The notes under the pieces are model-generated. The model was given only the letters and a program-made list of their open reading frames with translations, had not been told where the DNA came from and searched no databases. Source: a virus (taxonomy: Duplodnaviria; Caudoviricetes). From it: a stretch of DNA of 37,439 bases. The DNA is taken from positions 1 through 37,439 of IMG/VR virus record IMGVR_UViG_3300043036_000079; one strand, given 5' to 3'. This document shows positions 6,735-14,970 of this stretch, one piece after another (the stretch's first letter is position 1; every line of letters begins with the position of its first letter). A program made the position numbers and the translations under genes.

Positions 6735-8702
6735 ATGACCATCCTATGGCTCGATTTCGAGACGCGCAGCCGCTGTGATCTACCGGCCAAGGGCGTCTAC
6801 AACTACGCGCAGGACGCCAGCACCGACGTGCTGTGCATGTCCTACGCCTTCGATGACGATGACGTGCGGACGTGGACGCCTGACCAGCCGTTCCCGGCTG
6901 ACGTGCGCCACCACACCGGCCAGATCAGGGCGCACAACGCCGCGTTCGAGCGGCTGGTGTTCTGGTACGTCCTACAGATCGACTACGCGCTGGAGCAGTT
7001 CTACTGCACCGCAGCACAAGCCCGCGCCAACTGCGCGCCGGGCAGCCTAGAGGACGTGGGCCGGTTCGCTGGCGCGTCCATGAAAAAAGATCACCGCGGA
7101 TCACAATTGATCAGGCTGCTGTCGATCCCGCAGGCGGATGGCACCTTCCGCGACGACCCCGGCCTGATGGCGGAGATGGTTGCCTACTGCGAACAGGACG
7201 TGCGCGCCATGCGGGCCATCGCCCAAGCCCAGCGTGAACTGTCCGCTGATGAGTTGCGCGACTACCACACCAACGAGCGGATCAACGACCGCGGCGTCCT
7301 GCTGGATCGCCCGCTGGCGCTGGCCGCCGTGGGCTACGCCGACGTGGAGTCCACCGACATCCAGCAGACGGTCGAGGAAGCCACCGGCGGCGAGATTACG
7401 TCCGTCCGCAGCCCCAAGATGCGGGCGTGGGTTTTGGATCGCGTCGGGCCCCAGGCGCTCAAACTGGCGACGGTTTACAAGGACGGCGAACCCAAGCTAT
7501 CCATCGACAAGAACGTCCGCTTCAATCTGCTGGCGCTGGCCGAGGAGAACCCCGATGAAGTACCGCCCGTCGTCGCCGAAGTTATCCAATGTGCAGACGA
7601 CCTTTGGGCGTCGTCAGTTGCAAAGTTTGCGCGCGCGGCTGCGATTGCAGATGATGAGGATAGCCGAGTTAGAGGAGCGTTCGTATTCGCTGGAGGTAGT
7701 GCTACAGGCCGCGCTTCATCAATGTCTTTACAAGTTCACAATTTCCCACGACGATGCGCCGACGACCCTGCATTAGTACGGCAGGCGATGGTGCGCGGCC
7801 ACAAGATCGTGCCGCAGTTCGGACGCCGGATCACCGACGTGTTGAAGGGGATGCTGCGCCCCGCGCTGATGGCCCCTGAAGGCAAGCGGCTGGTGGTGGC
7901 CGATTGGGCTGCCATTGAGGCGCGGGTGACGCCCTGGGCGTCGAACACCAACAGCGGCGCAGAGAAGCTGGGCATCTTCGCGCGCGGTGAGGATGTGTAC
8001 AAGCACAACGCCGCCGCGACCTTCCACGTCCGCTATGAGGATGTGGACAAGGACCAGCGCCAGATCGGCAAGGTGCAGGAGTTGGCCTGCGGTTTCGCCG
8101 GCGGCGTGGGTGCCTTCGCCAGCATGGGCCGCATCTACAACGTCATCCTGACCGAGAGCGACAGCCGCAAGATGGTGGATGGCTGGCGGCGGGCGAACCC
8201 GTGGTCGGTCAACTACTGGACGGGGCTGGAGCGGGCGTACACCGGCGCCATGCGCCACCCAGGTAAAGAGATCAGCGCCGGGCGCGTGACGTATATGTTT
8301 GACAAGCAGCATCTTTGGTATGCCCTGCCGTCAGGCCGTGTGCTATGCTACCCGTTCGCCCGCTTTGATGAGGAAGGCAACATCACCTACGCCAAAGCGG
8401 CGTGGAAGCCCGCCGCCGACGCAAAGGAATGGCCCCGCGCCCGCCTGTGGCGCGGTCTGGCCTGCGAAAACATTACACAGGCCATCGCCAACGATCTGCT
8501 GCGGCACGCGCTGCGGCGGTTGGAGGAAGAAGGGTTCGACGTAGTGCTGCACGTCCACGACGAAATCGTGCTGGAGACAGACGCCAGCACCGCCGAGGAC
8601 GCCGCCGCCGCGCTGGTCAAGATCATGTGTACACCGCCGCTCTGGGCCGCCGGCCTGCCGCTGAACGCGGAAGTGGCTATCATGCAACGCTACGGAAAAT
8701 AG
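6735..8702 (+). CDS. Family A DNA polymerase with 3'-5' exonuclease
   Basis: Exo motifs LDFET, AHNAAFE, YCEQD. Motif A VADWAAIEAR, motif B RQIGKVQELACGF, motif C HVHDEIV. Confidence 0.95.
   Translation: MTILWLDFETRSRCDLPAKGVYNYAQDASTDVLCMSYAFDDDDVRTWTPDQPFPADVRHHTGQIRAHNAAFERLVFWYVLQIDYALEQFYCTAAQARANCAPGSLEDVGRFAGASMKKDHRGSQLIRLLSIPQADGTFRDDPGLMAEMVAYCEQDVRAMRAIAQAQRELSADELRDYHTNERINDRGVLLDRPLALAAVGYADVESTDIQQTVEEATGGEITSVRSPKMRAWVLDRVGPQALKLATVYKDGEPKLSIDKNVRFNLLALAEENPDEVPPVVAEVIQCADDLWASSVAKFARAAAIADDEDSRVRGAFVFAGGSATGRASSMSLQVHNFPRRCADDPALVRQAMVRGHKIVPQFGRRITDVLKGMLRPALMAPEGKRLVVADWAAIEARVTPWASNTNSGAEKLGIFARGEDVYKHNAAATFHVRYEDVDKDQRQIGKVQELACGFAGGVGAFASMGRIYNVILTESDSRKMVDGWRRANPWSVNYWTGLERAYTGAMRHPGKEISAGRVTYMFDKQHLWYALPSGRVLCYPFARFDEEGNITYAKAAWKPAADAKEWPRARLWRGLACENITQAIANDLLRHALRRLEEEGFDVVLHVHDEIVLETDASTAEDAAAALVKIMCTPPLWAAGLPLNAEVAIMQRYGK
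7555..7776 (+). CDS. Candidate nested (+1 frame) 73-aa protein inside the DNA polymerase gene
   Basis: GAGGAG SD (7542-47) 7 nt before ATG7555. Coiled-coil-like RIAELEERSYSLEVVLQAAL. An A/T third-position patch in the polymerase ends at this ORF's TAG. Confidence 0.5.
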   Translation: MKYRPSSPKLSNVQTTFGRRQLQSLRARLRLQMMRIAELEERSYSLEVVLQAALHQCLYKFTISHDDAPTTLH

Positions 8703-8712
8703 GAGGACTGCG

Positions 8713-11085
8713 ATGAGTGAGGATCGCATCAAATTCATCGAATACGTCAGCAAGTTGGCGTTCGAGACGGGCGAGACGGCGCTGCTGCTGAAGCAGAAGC
8801 CGACGCTGGTGAACGGCGAGATGATCTACCACGGCGATGGGGTGCCGAAGGCGACCTTCCCGTCGTTCCTGCCGGCCAAGGCTAACATTAAGCCGGGCGA
8901 CGCATGGTACGTCAACACCGGCGCGTTCATCGTTGACCGCTTCGTGGATGGCAAGCCATCGGCCAAGTCCGAGAACGTCGAATATGTCCTGTTCATGATG
9001 CTGGACGACATCGGCACCAAGTCGAAGGAGCCGCCGCTGGCCCCGACGTGGATCATGGAAACGTCCGAAGGATCGTTCCAGTGGGGCTACGCCTTCAACG
9101 AGCAGCCGTCCAAGGCAGACTTCGCCGCGGCCATTACCGCCATCGCGGACGCGGGCTACACTGACCCAGGCGCAACCAACGCCGTCCGCAACTGCCGCAT
9201 CCCCGGCAGCGTCAACCTGAAGCGGGGGCGGAACAACTTCGAAGCGCGGCTGGTCGAGTTCCACCCTGACCGTGAGTACACGCTGGACGACGTGTGTCAG
9301 GCGCTGGGCGTTGTGCCGCCGGAATCGGACACCGCCGAGATCCGAAGCATCAAGATACGCGACACCGGCCAAGACAACGTGCTGGCGTGGCTATCCGACA
9401 ACAGCATGGTGCTGTCGCGGGTCAACAACGAGGGCTGGTGCGGCGTCGTCTGTCCTAACCATGCCGAACATACAGATGGTAGCATCGAGGGCCGCTACAA
9501 GCCGCTGGATCGCTCCTACTGCTGCTATCACGGCCACTGCCAGCACCTGACCAGCACGACGTTCCTGAAGTGGGTGTCGGAGAACGGCGGCCCGACCGTG
9601 ACGCCGGGGCTGCGGGACGAACTGATCGCTGAACGGATGCGGCTGATGGCTGAGAAAATCTCGCCGACCGAAGCGTTCCCGGATCAGGCCGCCATTACCG
9701 TCAGGGAAGTCGAACGCAAGGAAGCCGGGCGGCTGACCAAGACCGAGTGGTTCGACCGCTTCGCCTATGTGCAGTCCGACGATAGCTACTTCGACATGGT
9801 GACGCGCCAGGAAGTGCCGCGTAACGTGTTCAACGCGCTGTTCCGCCATGTCGATTGCCGGTCGATCCACAACAGCAAGCGGCAAGTCGCCGCGTCGGTC
9901 TACTACGACGAACGCCGGCAGGAGTTTGGCGCGAAGGCGCTGACCGGCATCACCTACGCCGCCGGCGAGGACGTGCTGGTGGCGCGTGACGGGATGGTCT
10001 ACGGCAACCGCTGGGTCAACGCCCGCCCCGACATGAGCGCCACGCTGTCAGTCAGTGACGCACAGATCACGCCGTGGCTGGATCACTGCCGCAGTCTGAT
10101 CGAGGAGCCGTCCGAACTTGATCATATTCTGAACGTAATGGCCTATAAAGTTCAGAATCCGAACATCAAGATCAACCACGCGGTGCTGCACGGCGGCGAC
10201 GAAGGCAGCGGTAAGGACACGATGTGGGCGCCGTTCCTGTGGGCCATCGGCGGCAAGCACCAGCACAACCGGTCGATCATTGAGACGGGCGAGATCAACA
10301 GCCAGTGGGGGTACAACCTGGAGGCTGAAGTCCTGATCCTGAACGAACTGCGCGAACCGGAGGCGAAGGAGCGCCGGGCGCTGGCCAACAAGCTCAAGCC
10401 GATCATCGCCGCGCCACCGGAAACGCTGTCGATTAACCGCAAGGGTCTGCACCCCTACGAGATGCTGAACCGGGTTCAGGTGGTGGCGTTTACGAACGAC
10501 CCGCTGCCGATCACGCTGCCGACGCAGGATCGCCGATGGTTCTGCGTGTGGTCACGTGCGCCGCGGATGACCAAGCCAGAGGCCGACGCGCTGTGGGATT
10601 GGTACAAGGCCGGCGGCTACGAGAAGATCGCAGCTTGGCTGCATTTGCGCGATGTGTCGGCGTTCGGCGCTGCTGCTGCGCCACCAGTGACCGAGTGGAA
10701 GCTGAACATGGTCGAGCAGGGCATGAGTGTAGCCGAGAGCTACCTTGTGGACATGATGCGGCTGCGCGTCGGGCCGTTCTCGCTGGGCGTCATCGGCGGG
10801 CCGTTCCACAAGTTGTGCGACTTCTTGGTCGCCGACAGCAAGGTTCCGGCGGGCGTGAAGGTGCCGCAGGCGGCGCTGCTGCACGCGCTGAAGGAAGCCG
10901 GCTGGCTGGACTGCGGGCGGCTGGCGTCGTCTGACTTCACCACCAAGCGACATATCTTCGCAGCACCGGAGATTGCGCGGGCTTATTCAAAATCCGACCT
11001 TCGCCGGATGGTGGAAAACATTGATACTCCCCCCGGTAAGGTGATAGACATCGGTCAACGGCGCACCCCAAACCAGCGCAGTTGA
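8713..11085 (+). CDS. Primase-helicase (RepB-like primase, Zn-binding region, SF3/DUF5906-type helicase)
   Basis: MMLDD, METSEGSFQWGY, CPN..H...CYHGHC, Walker A GDEGSGKDT, Walker B-like ILNE, FTN, DRRW. Confidence 0.88.
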   Translation: MSEDRIKFIEYVSKLAFETGETALLLKQKPTLVNGEMIYHGDGVPKATFPSFLPAKANIKPGDAWYVNTGAFIVDRFVDGKPSAKSENVEYVLFMMLDDIGTKSKEPPLAPTWIMETSEGSFQWGYAFNEQPSKADFAAAITAIADAGYTDPGATNAVRNCRIPGSVNLKRGRNNFEARLVEFHPDREYTLDDVCQALGVVPPESDTAEIRSIKIRDTGQDNVLAWLSDNSMVLSRVNNEGWCGVVCPNHAEHTDGSIEGRYKPLDRSYCCYHGHCQHLTSTTFLKWVSENGGPTVTPGLRDELIAERMRLMAEKISPTEAFPDQAAITVREVERKEAGRLTKTEWFDRFAYVQSDDSYFDMVTRQEVPRNVFNALFRHVDCRSIHNSKRQVAASVYYDERRQEFGAKALTGITYAAGEDVLVARDGMVYGNRWVNARPDMSATLSVSDAQITPWLDHCRSLIEEPSELDHILNVMAYKVQNPNIKINHAVLHGGDEGSGKDTMWAPFLWAIGGKHQHNRSIIETGEINSQWGYNLEAEVLILNELREPEAKERRALANKLKPIIAAPPETLSINRKGLHPYEMLNRVQVVAFTNDPLPITLPTQDRRWFCVWSRAPRMTKPEADALWDWYKAGGYEKIAAWLHLRDVSAFGAAAAPPVTEWKLNMVEQGMSVAESYLVDMMRLRVGPFSLGVIGGPFHKLCDFLVADSKVPAGVKVPQAALLHALKEAGWLDCGRLASSDFTTKRHIFAAPEIARAYSKSDLRRMVENIDTPPGKVIDIGQRRTPNQRS

Positions 11086-11090
11086 TTGTG

Positions 11091-11130
11091 AAACCCCCGG
11101 CGTGCCTCACTGCGCCGGGGGTTTCTTTTT
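11091..11130 (+). terminator. Rho-independent terminator
   Basis: AAACCCCCGGCG...CGCCGGGGGTTT followed by CTTTTT. Confidence 0.85.
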
Positions 11131-11139
11131 GCTTGGCCC

Positions 11140-11168
11140 TTGCAACAGAATGTTTGCACCCATAGGAT
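11140..11168 (+). promoter_or_regulatory. Putative promoter giving a leaderless VRR-NUC mRNA
   Basis: TTGCAA, 17 nt, TAGGAT. ATG lies 6 nt after the -10. Confidence 0.55.
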
Positions 11169-11174
11169 AACGCC

Positions 11175-11450
11175 ATGACCGAGAAAGAGATCGAAGCGCA
11201 CTTTGTGAAGCGCGTAAAGGCGCTGGGCGGGTACAGCTACAAGTTCCGCAGCGTGACGCAGCGGGGCGTGGCTGACCGCATCGCCTGCCTGCCGAACGGC
11301 CAGACGTGGTTCGTCGAACTGAAGAAGCCCGGCGGGCGGCTGTCACCACTGCAAGAGATATTCGCCGAAAACATGGCCGAGATGAACCAGAACTACGCAT
11401 TGCTGTGGTCGAAAGAGGATGTGGACGGTTGGGAAAGGAAAATAAAATGA
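11175..11450 (+). CDS. VRR-NUC domain nuclease
   Basis: EKEIE...GVADRI...FVELKKPGGRLSPLQ. Confidence 0.9.
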   Translation: MTEKEIEAHFVKRVKALGGYSYKFRSVTQRGVADRIACLPNGQTWFVELKKPGGRLSPLQEIFAENMAEMNQNYALLWSKEDVDGWERKIK

Positions 11451-12346
11451 CAGTATACTACAATGAGATAGACCCATACGCCGCGCAATGGCTCAGGAAC
11501 CTGATCGCGGCAGGACACTTGGCGAAAGGTGAAGTTGATGAGCGCAGTATCACGGAAATTCAACCTGATGACCTTCTTGGTTTCGACCAGTGTCACTTCT
11601 TCGCGGGGATCGGCGTCTGGGGCCACGCCTTGCGCCGAGCCGGATGGGCCGACGACCGGCCCGTCTGGACGGGAAGTTGCCCTTGCCAGCCGTTCAGCGC
11701 CGCAGGCAAGCAAGAAGGCTTCGCTGACGAGCGTCATCTCTGGCCCACTTGGTTCAATCTCATCCGCCAGTGCCGCCCTGCAATCGTCCTTGGCGAACAA
11801 GTTGCAAGCGCGCTTGATTGGCTCGATCTTGTATCAACTGACATGGAAGACGCGGGCTACGCCTTTGGGGCGGCAGATTTGTGCGCTGCGGGCTTCGGCG
11901 GCGCGCACATCCGGCAGCGACTTTATTTCACGGGGGTGGCCGACACCTACAACACGCGACCACAAGGATGGGGCCGAATGTCTAAACGTGCCGGTGAATG
12001 CGTTGCTGGGGCGGGCGGTGTGGATGGCGGGCTGGCCGACGCCGAACACCATGACGGGCGGCCAATCCAGCAGGAGCGGCGACAGGAAGGGCGAACCGCT
12101 GATGGGCGGGATTGTGCGGGGGCTGGCGGAAATGGCCACGACCGGCCCCATGCGCCTATGCTCGGACGGGACGCTGCTGACTGGCTCTACTGCCGGGATG
12201 ACAAGTGGAGGCCGGTTGAACCCGGCACATTCCCGTTGGCTGATGCGGCTACCAGCCGCGTGGGACGACTGCGCGCCTATGGAAACGGCCTCGACGCTGA
12301 AACGGCAACGCAGTTCGTAGCGGCTGTCATGGACTGCGCGCCATGA
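11447..12346 (+). CDS. C5-cytosine DNA methyltransferase (alpha-type polypeptide lacking motif IX)
   Basis: Motif I FFAGIG, motif [11 protein letters not shown], motif VI GEQV, motif VIII RQRLYF, motif [13 protein letters not shown]-coupled start at 11447. Confidence 0.88.
   Translation: MTVYYNEIDPYAAQWLRNLIAAGHLAKGEVDERSITEIQPDDLLGFDQCHFFAGIGVWGHALRRAGWADDRPVWTGSCPCQPFSAAGKQEGFADERHLWPTWFNLIRQCRPAIVLGEQVASALDWLDLVSTDMEDAGYAFGAADLCAAGFGGAHIRQRLYFTGVADTYNTRPQGWGRMSKRAGECVAGAGGVDGGLADAEHHDGRPIQQERRQEGRTADGRDCAGAGGNGHDRPHAPMLGRDAADWLYCRDDKWRPVEPGTFPLADAATSRVGRLRAYGNGLDAETATQFVAAVMDCAP
11538..12320 (+). CDS. Nested +1-frame partner polypeptide of the C5 MTase (WPTP repeats and motif IX-like segment)
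   Basis: Open frame with [17 protein letters not shown] and [25 protein letters not shown] before ATG11538. Start codon uncertain. Confidence 0.65.
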   Translation: MSAVSRKFNLMTFLVSTSVTSSRGSASGATPCAEPDGPTTGPSGREVALASRSAPQASKKASLTSVISGPLGSISSASAALQSSLANKLQARLIGSILYQLTWKTRATPLGRQICALRASAARTSGSDFISRGWPTPTTRDHKDGAECLNVPVNALLGRAVWMAGWPTPNTMTGGQSSRSGDRKGEPLMGGIVRGLAEMATTGPMRLCSDGTLLTGSTAGMTSGGRLNPAHSRWLMRLPAAWDDCAPMETASTLKRQRSS

Positions 12347-13650
12347 AACTGCGCCCCTACCAAGACGACGCCGCCGACTTCCTGTACGAACGCGACCGGG
12401 CGATGATCCTTGCGCCGGTGGGCGCTGGCAAGACCGCGATCACGCTGACAGCCATGCAGGCGATGCTGAACGACGGTCTGGTCAAGCGGTGGTTGGTGGT
12501 TGCGCCCAAGCGCGTCTGCACGGACGTGTGGCCGGTCGAGGCACCAAAGTGGTCGAGCATCACGCCGGCGCTGGCGGTCGGCACCCCGGCGCAGCGCAAC
12601 GCTGCGTTGGCCAGCGCTGCGTCTGTGGTCGTCATCAACTACGACAACCTCGACAAACTGACCAGCTTGGCGGGCTTTGACGGCGTCGTGTTTGACGAAC
12701 TGACGCGGCTGAAGAACCCCAGCGGCAAGCGGTTCAAAGCACTGGAGAAACTGCTGGAGCCGATCAAGGTGCGCTGGGGTCTGACCGGGTCGTTCACGTC
12801 GAACGGCCTTGAGGATGTGTTCGGCCAGTGCAAGATCATCGACCAGCCGCTGCTGGGCCGCGCCAAGGGCGCGTTCATGCAGCAGTACTTCATCTGCATC
12901 AACCGCGACTTCGGCCAGTGGACGCCGGCGCCCGGCGCGCTGGAACAGGTGATGGCGCGGATCAAGCCGGCGACGTTCGTGCTTGACCCAGGCGACTACA
13001 AGGACAAGCTGCCGCCGTGCCATGTCGTTGAGACGCGGGTCAACCTTGCGGATCGCGGGCCATACGAGAAGATGAAGCGCGACTACGTGGTCAAGTTCGG
13101 CGACGACCGCGTCATCGCCCAGAACGCCGCGTCGGTGACGACCAAGTTGCAACAGATGGCGTCCGGGTTCGTCTACAACCGCGAGGGGCCGCTGCCGGTG
13201 CATTGGTTCAGCACCCACAAGTTCGACCGGCTGGAGGAACTGCTGGACGAGAACCAGCGCGCCAACACCATCGTGGTGTACAACTACCAGGAAGAACTGG
13301 CCGAACTGCGCCGGCGTTTCCCGCACGCCCAGACCATCGAAGACAAGGATGTGATTGAGCGGTGGAACGAGGGCAAGGTTGAACTGCTGCTGATCCACCC
13401 GAAGTCCGCCGGCCACGGCCTGAACCTCCAGCACGGCGGCTGCCACATGGTGTTCGTGTCGCTGCCGTGGTCGCTGGAACTGTACGAGCAGACGGTCGGA
13501 CGCCTGCACCGCGGCGGTCAGCCCCACGCGGTGTGGGTCTACGTGATGATTACCGAAAAAACAATTGACGAACGCATCTGGGCGGCCCTTCACGAAAAGC
13601 GTGCCGTGTCAGATATCGCGATGGAGGAACTGAAGAATGAACAAGGTTGA
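12343..13650 (+). CDS. SNF2-like superfamily 2 helicase
   Basis: LRPYQ, GAGKT, FDE, LTGS, GHGLNLQ, QTVGRLHRGGQ. Confidence 0.92.
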   Translation: MKLRPYQDDAADFLYERDRAMILAPVGAGKTAITLTAMQAMLNDGLVKRWLVVAPKRVCTDVWPVEAPKWSSITPALAVGTPAQRNAALASAASVVVINYDNLDKLTSLAGFDGVVFDELTRLKNPSGKRFKALEKLLEPIKVRWGLTGSFTSNGLEDVFGQCKIIDQPLLGRAKGAFMQQYFICINRDFGQWTPAPGALEQVMARIKPATFVLDPGDYKDKLPPCHVVETRVNLADRGPYEKMKRDYVVKFGDDRVIAQNAASVTTKLQQMASGFVYNREGPLPVHWFSTHKFDRLEELLDENQRANTIVVYNYQEELAELRRRFPHAQTIEDKDVIERWNEGKVELLLIHPKSAGHGLNLQHGGCHMVFVSLPWSLELYEQTVGRLHRGGQPHAVWVYVMITEKTIDERIWAALHEKRAVSDIAMEELKNEQG

Positions 13651-13828
13651 TTGGCGGTCATTGGCCGCGACGCTCACGTCCATGTCAGAGGACGAGGTCA
13701 AGCGCCTGCTGGACGACGAGATGGCGACGCGCCGCCGCGTCGGGATCGTGCGCCGCCTGCACCAGCGGTACGCCATGCTGCGTAACGCGCGGGAGCGCGC
13801 CGAACTGATGGCGAGGCTGGGCGCATGA
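13637..13828 (+). CDS. Hypothetical protein
   Basis: GGAGG SD, overlap-coupled to both neighbours. Confidence 0.7.
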   Translation: MNKVDWRSLAATLTSMSEDEVKRLLDDEMATRRRVGIVRRLHQRYAMLRNARERAELMARLGA

Positions 13829-14061
13829 CGGACGCAGTCAATCCGGACCACTACAAGGTCGGCGGCATCGAGACGATTGACTACCTCCAGGCCAAGCTAT
13901 CGCCAGAGGAGTTTGCCGGCTACTGCCGCGGCAACGCGCTAAAATACGTCAGCAGATTGGGCCACAAGGACGCCCCGGTGCAGGAGATTAATAAGGCGAT
14001 TTGGTATTTGCTGCGCTGGCGGGACAGTCTGGCGGCGTGCCACACAGACACGCCCACTTAG
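13825..14061 (+). CDS. DUF3310 / SaV-like protein (T7 gp1.7-like nucleotide kinase family)
   Basis: VNPDHY..GGIETID...GNALKY..R.GHK.....I.KAIWYL. Confidence 0.85.
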   Translation: MTDAVNPDHYKVGGIETIDYLQAKLSPEEFAGYCRGNALKYVSRLGHKDAPVQEINKAIWYLLRWRDSLAACHTDTPT

Positions 14062-14239
14062 AATTGTGCGCCTCAATCTCCTTCACCGTCTCAGCGGTGT
14101 CGGTCCGGCTATCATAACCAATAGGTTTGGCGATGCGGCAATAGTCACCGACGAGCGCGGTCGAACCTGTCACGCAGCCGGTCAAGACGAGCGGGATCGT
14201 CAGCGTCCATAGCGGCTTCAGCCTTGGCAACATTCGCAT
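13988..14239 (-). CDS. o-spanin (Rz1-like lipoprotein)
   Basis: Signal peptide with lipobox LTGC, AGGAG SD, overlaps the i-spanin in a shifted frame, Cys-rich. Confidence 0.75.
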   Translation of the reverse strand: MRMLPRLKPLWTLTIPLVLTGCVTGSTALVGDYCRIAKPIGYDSRTDTAETVKEIEAHNSKWACLCGTPPDCPASAANTKSPY

Positions 14240-14348
14240 CAAGCTGCTCCTGCGCGTCCTGACGCCCTTGCGCCTGCTGCTTGGCGTTTCCCCATTCGGT
14301 GAACACCCGGTCAAGCAACGACAGCAAGAGCGTCAGAAGTTTGATCAC
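14145..14348 (-). CDS. i-spanin (Rz-like)
   Basis: GTGA overlap with the holin stop. N-terminal hydrophobic stretch followed by a helical domain. Confidence 0.65.
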   Translation of the reverse strand: MIKLLTLLLSLLDRVFTEWGNAKQQAQGRQDAQEQLDANVAKAEAAMDADDPARLDRLRDRFDRARR

Positions 14349-14521
14349 GCCTCCGGCTTTTCCATCAGGAACACGGCGGCAAGCCCGGCCAGACCGGCAA
14401 CTGCTGCCGAGATGGCTTCCCACTGCACGTCCGTCAGGCCGAACGCCAGTGCGAGGCTGGCGACGCCGGCGTAGGTGCTAGGCTCTTTCAGCCGGCTGAC
14501 AATCCAAGAAACAAACTTCAT
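14345..14521 (-). CDS. Putative holin
   Basis: 58 aa with two hydrophobic helices (RLKEPSTYAG...). Lies between endolysin and spanins, AGGAG SD. Confidence 0.7.
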   Translation of the reverse strand: MKFVSWIVSRLKEPSTYAGVASLALAFGLTDVQWEAISAAVAGLAGLAAVFLMEKPEA

Positions 14522-14522
14522 G

Positions 14523-14915
14523 TCACTCTCCTTTGGGGTATTGCTTCCACGGCAGTTCCCAATGTGGGCCGTCCTTGAAATTTTCCCAATCACCACCCCA
14601 GGTGATGGGGACATCTTCATGCTCCGCAGCGGCCTTCACGATCTTGGCCAAGCGGTCGTACAGCGGCCAATCCCACGACACGGTGCTGCCGATCATCGGC
14701 GCCAGATCAACGGCGTGGCCGGTCAGGTGCCGGGAGTTCAGCGTGCGGGTGGCGCCCTGCGCCATCAACTGCTTCTGCCGGGGCAGCGTCCGCAGCCCCT
14801 CCAGCACGGTGAAGTCTAGACTGGACATGGCGGCGGCGCGTCGAACAACGCGCACCAGATCGGGATGCACGTCCGCGAGGCGCGAGATAGACCGGGGGCC
14901 AAGGACAATGCTCAT
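14523..14915 (-). CDS. Endolysin, M15 family peptidase (L-Ala-D-Glu type)
   Basis: EGLRT..RQ, SRHLTGHAVD, WGGDW, DGPHWEL zinc-binding motifs. Confidence 0.9.
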   Translation of the reverse strand: MSIVLGPRSISRLADVHPDLVRVVRRAAAMSSLDFTVLEGLRTLPRQKQLMAQGATRTLNSRHLTGHAVDLAPMIGSTVSWDWPLYDRLAKIVKAAAEHEDVPITWGGDWENFKDGPHWELPWKQYPKGE

Positions 14916-14970
14916 TGTGTAACGCCCATGATTTTTCCGTACCGGAAGGTATAATACCACAGAAGGTCAA

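Noticed and set aside
7246-7253. Additional hammerhead cores (CTGATGAG here, and on the - strand at ~21458 and ~36761)
   Set aside because: They lie in coding sequence or at a gene junction, and I found no matching GAAA and stems.
11306-11446. Longer N-terminus of the C5 MTase given by the ORF track
   Set aside because: It overlaps VRR-NUC. The SD and ATGA coupling indicate a start at 11447.
14951-14970. Lysis promoter TTGACC...TATTAT on the - strand
   Set aside because: The two boxes are only 8 nt apart. An extended -10 (TGnTATTAT) is possible but too weak to call.
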